Source: Nitrospinaceae bacterium
GTDB taxonomy: Bacteria > Nitrospinota > Nitrospinia > Nitrospinales > Nitrospinaceae
Length of the DNA: 64,000 nt
Reading direction: 5' to 3'
NCBI GenBank assembly: GCA_965223665.1
Contig: OZ245011.1
Location: 736,001 to 800,000 of the forward strand
This document shows positions 48,853 to 60,428 of this stretch, piece by piece. Under the pieces are notes generated by a model, which was not told where the DNA came from, ran no database searches, and saw nothing but the letters and a program-made list of their open reading frames with translations. The position numbers and the translations under genes were made by a program. Positions within the stretch are counted from its first letter, which is position 1; the number at the start of each line of letters is the position of its first letter.

Positions 48853-50835
48853 TTATAAATTTTTTTGAACATCATCCTCATCAGAGATTTCTGGATTAAA
48901 GGAAAGATCTTGTGTAAACATTTCATGAATTTTTGAAACATTTTCCACAGGTTGAATTTCTTGATCATCCTTGGTGGATAATATTTCTGACATTTCACTT
49001 TGATTTTCTTCTAGGTTTTCTACTAAAACTTTAGATTCTCTAGAGTCCTCGGAAAAACTCTCAGATTCTGTAAACTGATTGTTATTTCCCTCTGAGATCT
49101 CTGAATTTCCTTCACTTTCCTTTTTTATTGGAGCACGTGTGGTACGAGCAGGTTTTCTTGGACGTCGTCTACCATCTCCACCTGTTCTTCTGGTGCTAGC
49201 TGATTTTCGGGTGTTTTTCCCTCTATATGTCGTTGGTCGGCGACCTCTTCCTCTCTTTTCAGTTTTTTCCGAAGTTCGACTATCAACCATCTCCTTTTTA
49301 TCGGGCTCTGCATTTTTTAAAAGCTTTTCTGCTTCTATTTCTTCTTCTTTCTTTTTCTCCAACACAATATAAGAAAATTGCTCCGCTGGAAGATGATCTT
49401 TGCTTTTAAATTGCAGAGTCACTCCTTGTTTTTCTTGAAATTCATTTAAGTATTTCAATTTATTATTGAGCAAGTAACTTGCAACAGGAGAAGAAATTAC
49501 AATTTCTAAAACTTTAATCGATTCTTCTGCAAGCTTTTCTTGTATTTTGCGTAGTACACTTAGTGCTATCGTACTTACCGTTTGAATATGACCGGTTCCA
49601 GAGCAACGGCTGCAGGGCTCAAATACTCCTTCCTTAACAGGAGGAGATAGACGTTGCCGCGACATTTCCATAAGCCCGAATCTGGAAATCCGTGAAATAT
49701 TTACCCGGGCTTTATCAATTTTACAACTCTGCTTAAGTTTCTTCTCTACAAGTGATTTGTTTTTCTTTTGGAACATGTCAATAAAATCAATGACAATGAG
49801 CCCCCCTAAATCCCTGAGCCTTAATTGATGAGCTATTTCTTCTGCTGCCTCCAAGTTTGTTTTTACAGCTGTTTCTTCTAACTCGCTAGCACTGGTGGTT
49901 TTCCCAGAATTAACATCAATAGCCACCATGGCTTCTCCAATGTCAATGACTATAGAACCTCCAGAAGGAAGGGGAACTTGGCGGTTAAAAATACTTTCGA
50001 TCTGAGACTCGACATTGTAATGAGAGAATAAAGGCCTGGATTCTTGATAATATTTCACTCTGTGACGCATTCGAGGCATTACTAGCCGTATAAATTCCTT
50101 TACCGCTTTGTAAGACTGAAAATTATCAACTATTATTTCATTTGTATCTCCAGTAAATTGATCTCGAACAGTACGAACTACCATGTCAGGCCCTTCGTGC
50201 AACAACAAGGGAGCTTTAGTATCCGGATCTTTCATTTTTTCCTGTATACTTTCCCAAATTTTGATCAACATCTGCAGATCTTTTTGTAACTCAATTTTAG
50301 TTCTTCCTAATCCTGCTGTTCTAATAATAACCCCAAGATTTTCCGGGAGACCTAATTGAGAAACAATTTCTTTGAGTTTTTTTCTTTCAGATTCATCCTC
50401 AATTTTTCTAGATATTCCAGTGGAATCACTGGAACCGGTAAGCACTAAGCAACGCCCAGGAATGGTTATTGCGTTGGATAGCGAAGGACCTTTTGCATCT
50501 CGACTTTCTTTTACAACTTGAACTAATATTTTCTGTCCACGAAGTAACACATCTTGAATTCGGGTTTTTGCCTTTTTTTCACGGGTAGGAATGTAAGATT
50601 CTTTTAATACATCTTTAAAAGGTAGGAAACCATATTTTTTACCACCGAAGTCTATAAATGCGGCTTCTATCGCCGGTTCAACTCTGGTGATCACTCCTAA
50701 ATAAATATTTCCTTTAATTAACTCTTGGCTAGTGTGTTCTACAATATAATCTTCTAATTTTCCATTATTTAAAATAACGGCTCTACATTCCTCCGGGTGA
50801 TCGGCATTTATTAACATAACTTTTTTGTTGGACAT
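48853..50835 (-). CDS. rne: ribonuclease E/G
   Basis: KGNIYLG, AAFIDFG, IDVNSGK, LRDLGGLIVIDFIDM, CSRCSGTG Zn link, Arg-rich/acidic tail; likely start MSNKK at 50835. Confidence 0.93.
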   Translation of the reverse strand: MSNKKVMLINADHPEECRAVILNNGKLEDYIVEHTSQELIKGNIYLGVITRVEPAIEAAFIDFGGKKYGFLPFKDVLKESYIPTREKKAKTRIQDVLLRGQKILVQVVKESRDAKGPSLSNAITIPGRCLVLTGSSDSTGISRKIEDESERKKLKEIVSQLGLPENLGVIIRTAGLGRTKIELQKDLQMLIKIWESIQEKMKDPDTKAPLLLHEGPDMVVRTVRDQFTGDTNEIIVDNFQSYKAVKEFIRLVMPRMRHRVKYYQESRPLFSHYNVESQIESIFNRQVPLPSGGSIVIDIGEAMVAIDVNSGKTTSASELEETAVKTNLEAAEEIAHQLRLRDLGGLIVIDFIDMFQKKNKSLVEKKLKQSCKIDKARVNISRISRFGLMEMSRQRLSPPVKEGVFEPCSRCSGTGHIQTVSTIALSVLRKIQEKLAEESIKVLEIVISSPVASYLLNNKLKYLNEFQEKQGVTLQFKSKDHLPAEQFSYIVLEKKKEEEIEAEKLLKNAEPDKKEMVDSRTSEKTEKRGRGRRPTTYRGKNTRKSASTRRTGGDGRRRPRKPARTTRAPIKKESEGNSEISEGNNNQFTESESFSEDSRESKVLVENLEENQSEMSEILSTKDDQEIQPVENVSKIHEMFTQDLSFNPEISDEDDVQKNL

Positions 50836-51054
50836 TTTTTTGATCGCCTTTCTTTTTGGCAAACTTATTTTTGTTTTCACCCGTCAATTTGACAATTCTC
50901 ATAATAAAACAAAACCATTCTTATTTCAAAAACTGTAAAGACATGTTATTTTAATATTATTTAGAGTAATTTTTGAAATATTTATTCGAAGGGGCGAACA
51001 TCTATTATTTTTAGATATATTTCCTCACCTTTTCAATTTTTATTTTAGATTTCT

Positions 51055-52608
51055 ATGTTGGAACAAATAAAGCTTCCTAATTTGGATGAATTAACCCCAA
51101 AGGATTTATTGGGGAAAACCATTTTCATTCGTGTAGATTTTAATGTCCCCCTCACCAATACCGACAAAGGATACAGGGTTGCAGATGACACCAGAATCCG
51201 CCGGTTTTTAGATTTAACATTTAAGAAAATACATCAACTAACAGGCGGTAACTGTCGGATAATAATAGGTTCTCATTTGGGGCGGCCACACAAAAAAAAG
51301 GATCATTTGGGTTGGGATGGAATCTTTAATATTCAGTTTGTCTGTTCCCATTTTGATACTTTAATTCGCAAATTGTACGATGATACTTATTCAATTTTTC
51401 CTCCTGAAATAACCGATTCCCATTTAAAACATTCTTTAGAAATCTGCTCTAACCATCAATTACCTTTGGGTGGAATAAAGTTCCTCCCTAATTTACGTTA
51501 TCTTTTAGACCCAAATAACCCAGATGATTATAGAAAAGAATTTATAGAAGAATTGGGAAATCTGGCAGACGTATTTATAAATTGTGCTTTTGGATGTAGC
51601 CACCGTATTTCAAAAAGCATTCGTATGCTCCCACAATTTATGAGGCAAAAAGGTAAAATTGTTTCAGCTGGAAAATTATTGAATCAAGAGGTTACGGAAT
51701 TAGGAAGATTCGGCCATAAATTATTACAACATCCCAAAAAAACTGCCATCATTGCTGGGGGTGCCAAAATTGCCGATAAAATTGGAATTCTAAAACAATT
51801 TGTAGAATCACAAATACGGTTAATTTTTGTTGGCGGTCGAATGGTAAATGCTTTTTTACTCGCAAAAAAATTAAAGCATGTTGTCCATAATATATCATTA
51901 GAGGATATCCCCTCAATGCTTTATAAAAATAAAACTGACGATGAATGTCAGGTTATTTTAAACGAAATTAAATATGCTGATGAGATTATTAAACTTGCGG
52001 AGCAAAAGGAAGTAGATATCGTGTATCCAGACGACTATAAAATTACGCAAGATTATTCTCAAACTCACTATACGGTGAAAAATGAACCAGATTTTTCCAC
52101 AGATTTTCAGTTAGATTTAGGTCCTGAAACTATAAAAAATTACTCCAAAAATATTCTTCTAAATGGAGAAATAGATAATGTATTTTGGAATGGCCCCTTG
52201 GGAGCTTACGATCATCCTCAATCTGAAGACTATGGAGAAGGCTCAAGAGAGTTAGCTAAAGTTTTAATTCAAGAAGCGGTTAAAGATCAGGAAAAATATC
52301 ATGTGATTGGTGGAGGGGATTCTGCAGCAATTCTAAACCAATTAAAGTTTGACGACTTGAAAAATCTAATAAAAGAGCAGTTAAATCATCAATTAAATTC
52401 AGCAATAAATAAAAAATTAGTGAATATAGGGTTTACTGCTGAAGATACTTATACACTCTGCAATTATTTCACCTCTAATTTTTTCGTTTCCACTGGTGGA
52501 GGCGCTTCTCTTGAATTTTTGGAAGCCTATCTAAAAGATAGAGGGAAGTCACCGATTGCCTCCTACTTGCCTGGAACAGCAACGCTTTTGGAATTAGTTT
52601 CCCCATAA
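51055..52608 (+). CDS. pgk: phosphoglycerate kinase, long divergent form
   Basis: RVDFNVP, SHLGRP, GGAKIADKI, DLGPET, WNGPLG, GGGDS, STGGGASLEFLE; 517 aa with insertions. Confidence 0.85.
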   Translation: MLEQIKLPNLDELTPKDLLGKTIFIRVDFNVPLTNTDKGYRVADDTRIRRFLDLTFKKIHQLTGGNCRIIIGSHLGRPHKKKDHLGWDGIFNIQFVCSHFDTLIRKLYDDTYSIFPPEITDSHLKHSLEICSNHQLPLGGIKFLPNLRYLLDPNNPDDYRKEFIEELGNLADVFINCAFGCSHRISKSIRMLPQFMRQKGKIVSAGKLLNQEVTELGRFGHKLLQHPKKTAIIAGGAKIADKIGILKQFVESQIRLIFVGGRMVNAFLLAKKLKHVVHNISLEDIPSMLYKNKTDDECQVILNEIKYADEIIKLAEQKEVDIVYPDDYKITQDYSQTHYTVKNEPDFSTDFQLDLGPETIKNYSKNILLNGEIDNVFWNGPLGAYDHPQSEDYGEGSRELAKVLIQEAVKDQEKYHVIGGGDSAAILNQLKFDDLKNLIKEQLNHQLNSAINKKLVNIGFTAEDTYTLCNYFTSNFFVSTGGGASLEFLEAYLKDRGKSPIASYLPGTATLLELVSP

Positions 52609-54320
52609 GATAATTCATTTTCTTTTTTTGAAAAATCTCGAATCAATATAAGTAGTATCTTTTTCAATAGTGCTAATTCTTCCAAAAATTCTAAATATAC
52701 TTTTTTAGTCAATTCAGCGAGTTTCAAGACATCATCACCTAAAAAATTTTCCTTTCTCTTATTAAACATATCACAAATTGGTTTGACTTCAGGACATGTC
52801 ATTCCTACCAGGTTTATTTCATCATCTATTTTGCTAAGAAAAGCTACAACCCTGCCTAGTTTTTCTTGATTCAAATTAATCTCTGAAAACAATAATCTTA
52901 TTTTTTTTGTTTGTTCAATTCCAGAATGACCTAGTGCCTCCAATTTTTCCAAATATTTGATCTTATTATTAATTAATTCAATTAATAAAGAAGCATCTTG
53001 GATAATATAATTGTCCATCAAATTTTTTTGAATTTCCGGAATCTGTTTATCAAAATTGACTAAATTCGCATTGTTTAATCTAGTTTTCCATATAAAACGG
53101 TAGGATTCAGCAAATATGTCTTTTAATGAAATTGAGTGCTGAATTAATGGAATTAATTTTAAATAATTTTCGGAATCAAATTCCGTTTTAAAAATTTGCA
53201 CTTCCTCAATAGGTTCCATTTTTCCAGGATATCTCCATTTCCCAGTTTTCCATTGATTCTCTAACAACCCATATACTAATTCAGGTTTCACTTTATGAAC
53301 GCAAACCACATCATGACAGCTCACTCCATAACTACAGGGAGCACAATCGATTTTAGCTTGAAAAATAATATTTCCTTCTTTATAAGGTGCGGTTTCATAA
53401 GGATGAGCATGCGCAAAAAACAAACCAATAATTCGAATGTTTAAAGCCGCCGCAATATGCATTGTTCCCGTATCATTAGTAATTAAATATTGGCAATGTT
53501 TGAGAGCCCCAATTAACTCTGAATAATTTGTTTTACCTGTGAGATCCAAAACTTGCTGTGTATTCTCTATTCTAGAATAAATTTCATTTGCAACTTTTGA
53601 CTCTGAAGCCACACCGAATAAAATCACAAATGCATCTAATTCATTAATTAATTTGTTGGAAAGTTTTGCAAAATTTTCAGTAGGCCATCTTCGTCCCTCA
53701 AGACTGGAACCAGCCTGAATTCCAACAATTAAAGAATTCTTTTTACTGTTTAATTTTTGAAACCATTTTTCTACATTTTTCATGTCTTCATCTTTTTCTA
53801 TTATCTCTATTCCCTTTGGACCTGGTTCAACATCACCACCACGAGAGAATATATCAACCAAATTAAATGAATTATAATCGCGATTAAATGGTTCAATAAA
53901 AAAATACTGAAGCCATGGATGATAAGTCATTCTTTCACCTTCATCATTGCATAAGAAGCCACGAACGTTTTTCGATCCTAAGTATTGGATCATTAGAGCA
54001 CTAAGTTTGGAGTGACTGAGATTTATGACCAAATCATAATCCTTACCTTTTAAATCTTCTAAAAATTTTTCTAAATAACGGTATAGTTCCACCCAAGTTG
54101 TATTGGGATTTTCTTTAAATTGCTTTAAATTGAACACTATGCGTTCATCAATATTGGGAATTCTTTCAGAAAATTCATTAAACTCTTTGGTTACAATTAA
54201 AGAAATTTTTGAACCTGGGTACTTTAACCTTAATCCTGAAATAAGTGGAGTGGATTGAACCAAGTCTCCCATCCGAGTCATATTAAAAACCAATATATTT
54301 TTTATTGAATTCATAATCAT
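52563..54320 (-). CDS. glycosyltransferase family 9 with C-terminal extension
   Basis: TRMGDLVQSTP, DLTGKT, ITNDTGTMHIAAA, CAPC...C...C. Confidence 0.9.
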   Translation of the reverse strand: MIMNSIKNILVFNMTRMGDLVQSTPLISGLRLKYPGSKISLIVTKEFNEFSERIPNIDERIVFNLKQFKENPNTTWVELYRYLEKFLEDLKGKDYDLVINLSHSKLSALMIQYLGSKNVRGFLCNDEGERMTYHPWLQYFFIEPFNRDYNSFNLVDIFSRGGDVEPGPKGIEIIEKDEDMKNVEKWFQKLNSKKNSLIVGIQAGSSLEGRRWPTENFAKLSNKLINELDAFVILFGVASESKVANEIYSRIENTQQVLDLTGKTNYSELIGALKHCQYLITNDTGTMHIAAALNIRIIGLFFAHAHPYETAPYKEGNIIFQAKIDCAPCSYGVSCHDVVCVHKVKPELVYGLLENQWKTGKWRYPGKMEPIEEVQIFKTEFDSENYLKLIPLIQHSISLKDIFAESYRFIWKTRLNNANLVNFDKQIPEIQKNLMDNYIIQDASLLIELINNKIKYLEKLEALGHSGIEQTKKIRLLFSEINLNQEKLGRVVAFLSKIDDEINLVGMTCPEVKPICDMFNKRKENFLGDDVLKLAELTKKVYLEFLEELALLKKILLILIRDFSKKENELSYGETNSKSVAVPGK

Positions 54321-56101
54321 CCCGCGGTAACTTGGTCTAACATCAAAATTAGTAATTCATTTTGCGTAAGCTTGCCTTCTCCGTTTTTTATATCTTCAGC
54401 TATTTCTTTAATAGAAATATCTGAGTTCCTTCTATATGTAGCCAAATAGTGTCCTAAAACCGTTTCTTTCCCTGCTTCTTCTATGGCCAATTCAATTGAT
54501 GATTTACGTTTTTTGATTCCATTAAAATATTGAGAGGGTAAATTCAGTAAAACTTGAAGCATAAATTCCTTCATTCTATGCTCCATAGTATGTTCCCGCA
54601 AAACACGCTCTCGCGATTTCTTCGATACCTCCTCCATTAAAAATGGATTTTTTAAATAAAATTCTATTTTACTTCGCAGTTCGTCTAGATTAGAAAATGT
54701 AATAATTTCTTCGCCGGGCAAAAATAAGTCATCCAATTCATGCCGTTTATCGACAAGTTGAAAAGCTTTACAAGCTGCAATTTCAAAAGTGCGTGGATTA
54801 ATAAAATCACCATTTGGGTTAACACTCTCATGATAATTTGAGGAATGGAGATTAATGTTGATTTGGCCATAATTATAAATTTTCACGCATTCTTCATTCG
54901 AAACACGTTCTCCGTTTTTTTGTAGATGATTTTCAAAAACAGGATTGCCATTCCAACCTGTACCCCAAATTTTTAATTTAAAATCAAGTAAACGTTGGAA
55001 TGATTGAATACGGTTATAATAAGCCGCTCCCATAAAAGAAACTTCAGCTCCATATTTCTCCTTATCTTCCCGGTTTTCCTCAAGAGGTTTATGATATTCA
55101 GGCCAACAACCCTGCGGCAGATAATAAGGAACCGTATTATAATTTTGAAGTTGGTCAAGGAACTCCCCTTGTTGGATGGTAAAGAAGAAATCATAGGATC
55201 CAGCTACATCTTTCCAATATGTTAAATTTTTAAAATCTTCTACAAACCAAAAACCTATTGGCTTTTTCAGTTTTTTCAAACGTTGGATACCCTTAGCGCT
55301 TAAGGGAGCTTGGGCCATAGCCAGAATAATGTCTGGTACAAATTCGACGGTTTTTGCGACTATGACTTCCTCCATTAAATTCATAAAATGGGTTGACAGT
55401 ATATTGGAATTATTTTGGTCTTTGGTTACCTCCTTTAGTCCAAAAAAACTGTCTTTAAAATTTTGGCACTCTACCGTCTCAACCTGATGTCCAAGATTTT
55501 TTAATGCTCCGGCAGCATATTCTGCTGTTGGCAATGAACCGCCATAAATGGGATTAATGACCAATATTTTTAAAGAGTTCTCTTTAATGAAATTATTTAA
55601 ATCTATCCCTTTACAAAATAATTCATAATAGGATTTAGAAATTTGAGCTGAAGATGGATGAACAATAACTCTTCCAAATTGATCGGAATGGCGGGCTAAT
55701 ATTTTTGGAACAGGTTCATCAACAATAAAATAAACACGATCCATAAATGCCGTTATGTCGATTTGCTCCAAAAAAACTTTAAAAATTTCTAATCTAGGTT
55801 CAATTACATATAAACTTTTAGAGAATTTTTTCAAAATATACAAAACATGATAACCCAGGCCCAATCCAAAAATAACCGGAGGTTTAACTTTGTCGAAATT
55901 TTGTAGTTCTGCAAATTTGTAAGCTTCTTTTTCCGGATCATAATTGCTATGAATTAATATTGATTCATATTTTAAATTGGGTGCTCCGGATTTTGCTCTA
56001 ATTTTTTCGACATTTTCAGACACCTCAATATTCAGAACCCTTTTTGCTAAAGCTGGGAACCGTACTTTAAGTTTTTCAATATTGGAATTAAATAAGGACA
56101 T
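54317..56101 (-). CDS. CgeB/DUF3880-type glycosyltransferase with Maf-like N-terminal domain
   Basis: IHSNYDPEKEA, FGLGLGYH, INPRTFEIAAC, EHTMEHRM. Confidence 0.85.
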   Translation of the reverse strand: MSLFNSNIEKLKVRFPALAKRVLNIEVSENVEKIRAKSGAPNLKYESILIHSNYDPEKEAYKFAELQNFDKVKPPVIFGLGLGYHVLYILKKFSKSLYVIEPRLEIFKVFLEQIDITAFMDRVYFIVDEPVPKILARHSDQFGRVIVHPSSAQISKSYYELFCKGIDLNNFIKENSLKILVINPIYGGSLPTAEYAAGALKNLGHQVETVECQNFKDSFFGLKEVTKDQNNSNILSTHFMNLMEEVIVAKTVEFVPDIILAMAQAPLSAKGIQRLKKLKKPIGFWFVEDFKNLTYWKDVAGSYDFFFTIQQGEFLDQLQNYNTVPYYLPQGCWPEYHKPLEENREDKEKYGAEVSFMGAAYYNRIQSFQRLLDFKLKIWGTGWNGNPVFENHLQKNGERVSNEECVKIYNYGQININLHSSNYHESVNPNGDFINPRTFEIAACKAFQLVDKRHELDDLFLPGEEIITFSNLDELRSKIEFYLKNPFLMEEVSKKSRERVLREHTMEHRMKEFMLQVLLNLPSQYFNGIKKRKSSIELAIEEAGKETVLGHYLATYRRNSDISIKEIAEDIKNGEGKLTQNELLILMLDQVTAG

Positions 56102-56106
56102 AGTTT

Positions 56107-59100
56107 TTAGGAAGGCACCACTTGTTCGTCAACAACCTTTAAAAATTCAAGAGAATCTTTATGCTTGGAATCAAAAATTAAAATGCGATTCAAAGTTTCT
56201 CGTGTCTCTTCTAATAGACCTTGCTTAAATTGAACACCCGCCAAGCCGAATAACATATTTAAATTTGCAGGGTGTAATTCCAAATATTGCTTAAGAAACC
56301 CTGTTATCTCTTCAAATTGATCCAGTTTATAAGAGATTTGAAGCAAACATGTTAAGGCTGGACTGTTTTCAATATTGTTTTCTAATGATTGAACAAAGTA
56401 CTCTTTTGATTTTTCCATATTCTCTTTTTGAAATTCAATCATTCCCAATCCACACATTGCTTTATCATCAGAAATGTTCACTTGTAAGGCATTTTGATAA
56501 TAATTTTCAGCTTTTTCAAACTCTTGTTTTTGGAAAAAGCAGGAACCTAAACCCACCATAGCCCTATTACTATTGGGATCAATTTTTATTGCTTTTTCAT
56601 AACAGTCTTTGGCCAGACTCCAATTTTGATATCTAAAATAACCCTTTCCTTGTCCTAACCAACTTTCTAAACATTCTGGATATTGCTGACTTATAGATTC
56701 ATAAATTTTTAAGGCTTCTTCATAATTTTCTTCAATTTCCATGGCCTTAGCTTTTTGTATTTCATTATTCAAGTTTTCAGAATTCGATATTTTATTAACA
56801 TTCTTTAGAGTTGTTTTATTATTTGAAACTGGTTGGGCTAGAATTTTGTATTGAAACACAAAGAATTGCTTCAATTCCTCAGGGTTCAATTCAGAAATTG
56901 TCATTCTGCCAATTTTAAGAGAAGAAACCTTTTGTTTTTCCAAATCCGCATACTGTGGAGCTAAGGTTTCATCAACTGCCACTATTCCCAATCCAGCATC
57001 TTTAAAAAGTTTTTTTATTTCTTTTAAAGTAAAAAATCTCAAATGAGTTCTATCTAGAATTCCTTCATCCTGGTAGGTCCAGTTTCCTTCTATCAGATGA
57101 TTAATCAATCCGAAATACTGAACATTAGGAATACTGGCAATCACCGATCCATTTGGCTTTAAATACTTTAAAGATTTTTTTAATGCGGACAATGGGTTAA
57201 CTAAATGTTCCAAGACATCAGCAAATAAAAGGCAATCAAAACTATGTTCAATAAAAGGTAAATCAATATCTTCTATATTTCCCTCTATAACCTCGTCTAG
57301 AACTTGGGATGCCTCTTTAACAGCTTCTGGATTTAACTCTATCCCTGCCACAAAACACTTGTTATTGTTTTTTAAATACTCACCTGTCTTTCCAGCACCA
57401 CAACCAATTTCCAATACTGTTTTCACATTTTCTGGAATCAAGGGCAAAAGATCTTCACGAACATGATGATAATAGTCTTTGGTTGCTTGTTTCAAAGAAT
57501 ATTCTTTCTTGTCTTGTTCAAGATGATTATTAAGATAGTCAATAATGGATTGAACTCTGTGTGCATAGGTATGTTTGTTTAAAACCTCTTGCCGGCCACA
57601 CTCCGAAATTTCTTTAATCTTATTCGACTGATTTAAATAGTATTGGATTTTATCAATCAGGTTATCATCCTGATAAATAACCAGATGCTTTTCGTTTTCA
57701 AATAACTCTTCTAATCCACTATTTAAGGCCGGGTCAGTAACCAATAAACTGCCTGAGCACAATGCCTCGAATACCCTCATGTTTAAATCATAATTTATAG
57801 AATTATTAAAAACAATTTGAGATTGACAAAAAACACGGGTCATCTCGTCCATAAACTTTCTATCTACATGAAGGTCAAAGTGGTCCTCAATATTTTTCAG
57901 AAGTTGTTTTCTGCGAATATGGTTATCGGTGATACTGCCTACAAATCCAACTTCATAAATTTTTTCCACATTCTGCTTCCCGTGAATTTCAGGATCACAA
58001 GCCAAGGGCAACCATTCTACATGCTTCATTCCATTTTTCTTAAACTCTGGAATATATTCTTTTTGAGCTAAAAATATAAAATCGAAATTTTTGGCAATAT
58101 TGATATGTTTTTCCAAATGGATATGTGTATCAATTAAATAACAAACCTTGGGAAAATTAAATTTACCTAAATCTGGAGGGATCTCACTCAAACCAGTTTC
58201 AATAAAAAAATAAAAATCTGGATTCCAATTCTCTACCAGCTGGTCAATTACATCCTCAAGATTTCCGTTGGACGGACGGAATATATCTTGCGGTTCAATG
58301 GGCCAATTCAATTCCTTTAAATCCCAACGTCTAATTATTTCATGAGTAATCATTGCACCACAAGTAACTACATTATGAGATTTCTCTAAAGCGCGGTGCA
58401 TATAATAGGCAGTTGTTGCGGGGTGAGCTACATAGTCGAGTAAAATATTTTTTTTCTTCTTATTTTTGAATGGAAGGTTTGTTTTTCCCGTTTGGATTCC
58501 CAAGTCATCCAAAAAATTAACCAAGGTGGATTCAATCAATTTTTGCCATTTATTTAGAAATTTTTCTAATCCAAATTTTTGTTGAACCGTTTCTCTCGCT
58601 TTTTGCCCCATTTCCTTTGCCAATTCGGGCAATTCTAATAACTCTCTTAAATGCCCTCGCAATTTTTCGATATCATCCGAAATATATCCATTAACTCCGT
58701 TTACAATTGGGGAAGTAGAGTTTGCAATTGAAATTACCGGCATACCCGTAGCCATCGCTTCCAATAAAGACAAATTGTAACCATCTTCATATTGATCAGG
58801 AGACGTATTTAGGTAAACTCTACATTTTCGGTAATGATTTAATAGGTCTGCAAATCCCCGTGAGATTTGACTTGATTCTAAAGTAGGATTCAGCCCTAGC
58901 GTTTTAGAGGGAAATCCTTTTAATAAACTTTCACTAATTGTGTATCCTCTTGCAAGATCCATTTCCTTTAATAAATTTCCAACTCTAAGTATTGAAGCGT
59001 TTTCTCCTGTATAACCCTCAAACTCTTTTAAATCAATTCCATGGTGGATAACTTGACCTTCCAGGTTCCAGTCTTTTAATTTTGACTCCGAGATAAACAC

Positions 59101-59477
59101 TTTAGAAACGTCTTGTAAAAAGGGAGCCAATTTTCTAAATATTCATTACGATCAATAGGATTTTTGCTAAGTGCTATTTCAGTTGAAAGCCGACAATGAA
59201 ATACACATATTTTTGGCAAATTAGCATTTTGGAAGGCTATTAAATCTTTTATATTGTGAGCAATTAACAAATCGTACTGGTTATCAAATACCCCCTGGTG
59301 GGCTTCTGCTAAAGAAATTAATTTACAATTTTTGGGAACATCTCGCATATTACGATCCCACTCTCTAAATCTCTCTGAAGCGATTTCCGGAGAAGCAACA
59401 TAAAATTGGTAACCCAATTTTGAAAGATTGCATATATAGGGTTCATGCCAATTGAATGTTAAGATTTTTAGTTTCAT
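56107..59477 (-). CDS. multidomain glycosyltransferase-glycosyltransferase-SAM methyltransferase-TPR protein, split by a 1-nt frameshift at about 59131-59134
   Basis: GT4 (LSLLEAMATGMPVI), CgeB-like (LNMRVFEAL), MTase (LEIGCGAG, ADVLEHL, GILDRTHLRFFT), TPRs; upstream ORF 59076-59477 joins in frame if one A is added. Confidence 0.85.
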
Positions 59478-59713
59478 TTAATGCGGCTCCTTCAGCAATA
59501 AAGATGTATTACCCATTCTTTATCTTAGCGGATTTGCTGAAAAGACCCTTTAACGCTAAAATGCTTAATTTTCCAAGGGTTATAAAATTTTTTCTGATAA
59601 TTTTCTGGTTTTTTTATTATTTGCAAAAATTTTGTAACTTATTACCTGTAGAAACATCAAAAGGGTTAACATTCATTAAATAAAAACCTTTAATAAATTA
59701 GCAAAAATAAAAA

Positions 59714-60412
59714 ATGGAATTTCAAAAACCCGATTTAAATTCAAAGAAAATCAAATCCCGAGAAGCTATGATTCGTTATAAGCAAGCCATGCAATCCAAA
59801 CAGCCGTGGTCGGGTGAAGTTCCCATGGGGGAAGGACCGCTTAATAGAGATGGTATGCCTAAAATACCGCCGGGGCAAAAAGCTACGGAACGCTGGCCAG
59901 TTTTAGATTTGGGAGTTCAACCTGAAATACCAAAAGATATGTGGAATCTCACCGTGTCTGGATTAGTGGAAAACCCGGAAACCTTTACCTGGAAACAGTT
60001 TTTAGAATTTCCCCAAATCGAGGACGTATCCGATTTTCATTGTGTAACCACTTGGAGTAAATTAGATAACCACTGGGTAGGGGTTCGTTTTTCAGACATT
60101 GCTAATGAATGTGTTGTAAAACCTGAAGCCAAGTTTATTTATATCAAAGCCTATGACGGTTATTCCACAAACCTTCCCTTAGAAGAAGCTATGAAATATG
60201 ACGTCTTATTGGTTCATATGTGGGAAAACGAGCCCCTTACCAAGGAACATGGGGGACCAGTGAGAATGATCACCCCACAATTATATGCCTGGAAAGGGGC
60301 TAAATGGGTTGGTGAAATAGTATTCCGAGAAAAAGACGAACTCGGATTTTGGGAGCAACGCGGATATTCCAATACCGCAGAACCTTGGCTTGAAGATCGG
60401 TATTCCAGATAA
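59714..60412 (+). CDS. sulfite oxidase-like molybdopterin oxidoreductase (YuiH-like)
   Basis: DFHCVTTWS, YSTNLPL, EHGGPVR, YAWKGAKW, GFWEQRGY; no signal peptide. Confidence 0.9.
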   Translation: MEFQKPDLNSKKIKSREAMIRYKQAMQSKQPWSGEVPMGEGPLNRDGMPKIPPGQKATERWPVLDLGVQPEIPKDMWNLTVSGLVENPETFTWKQFLEFPQIEDVSDFHCVTTWSKLDNHWVGVRFSDIANECVVKPEAKFIYIKAYDGYSTNLPLEEAMKYDVLLVHMWENEPLTKEHGGPVRMITPQLYAWKGAKWVGEIVFREKDELGFWEQRGYSNTAEPWLEDRYSR

Positions 60413-60428
60413 TAGTTACTATTTAAAA

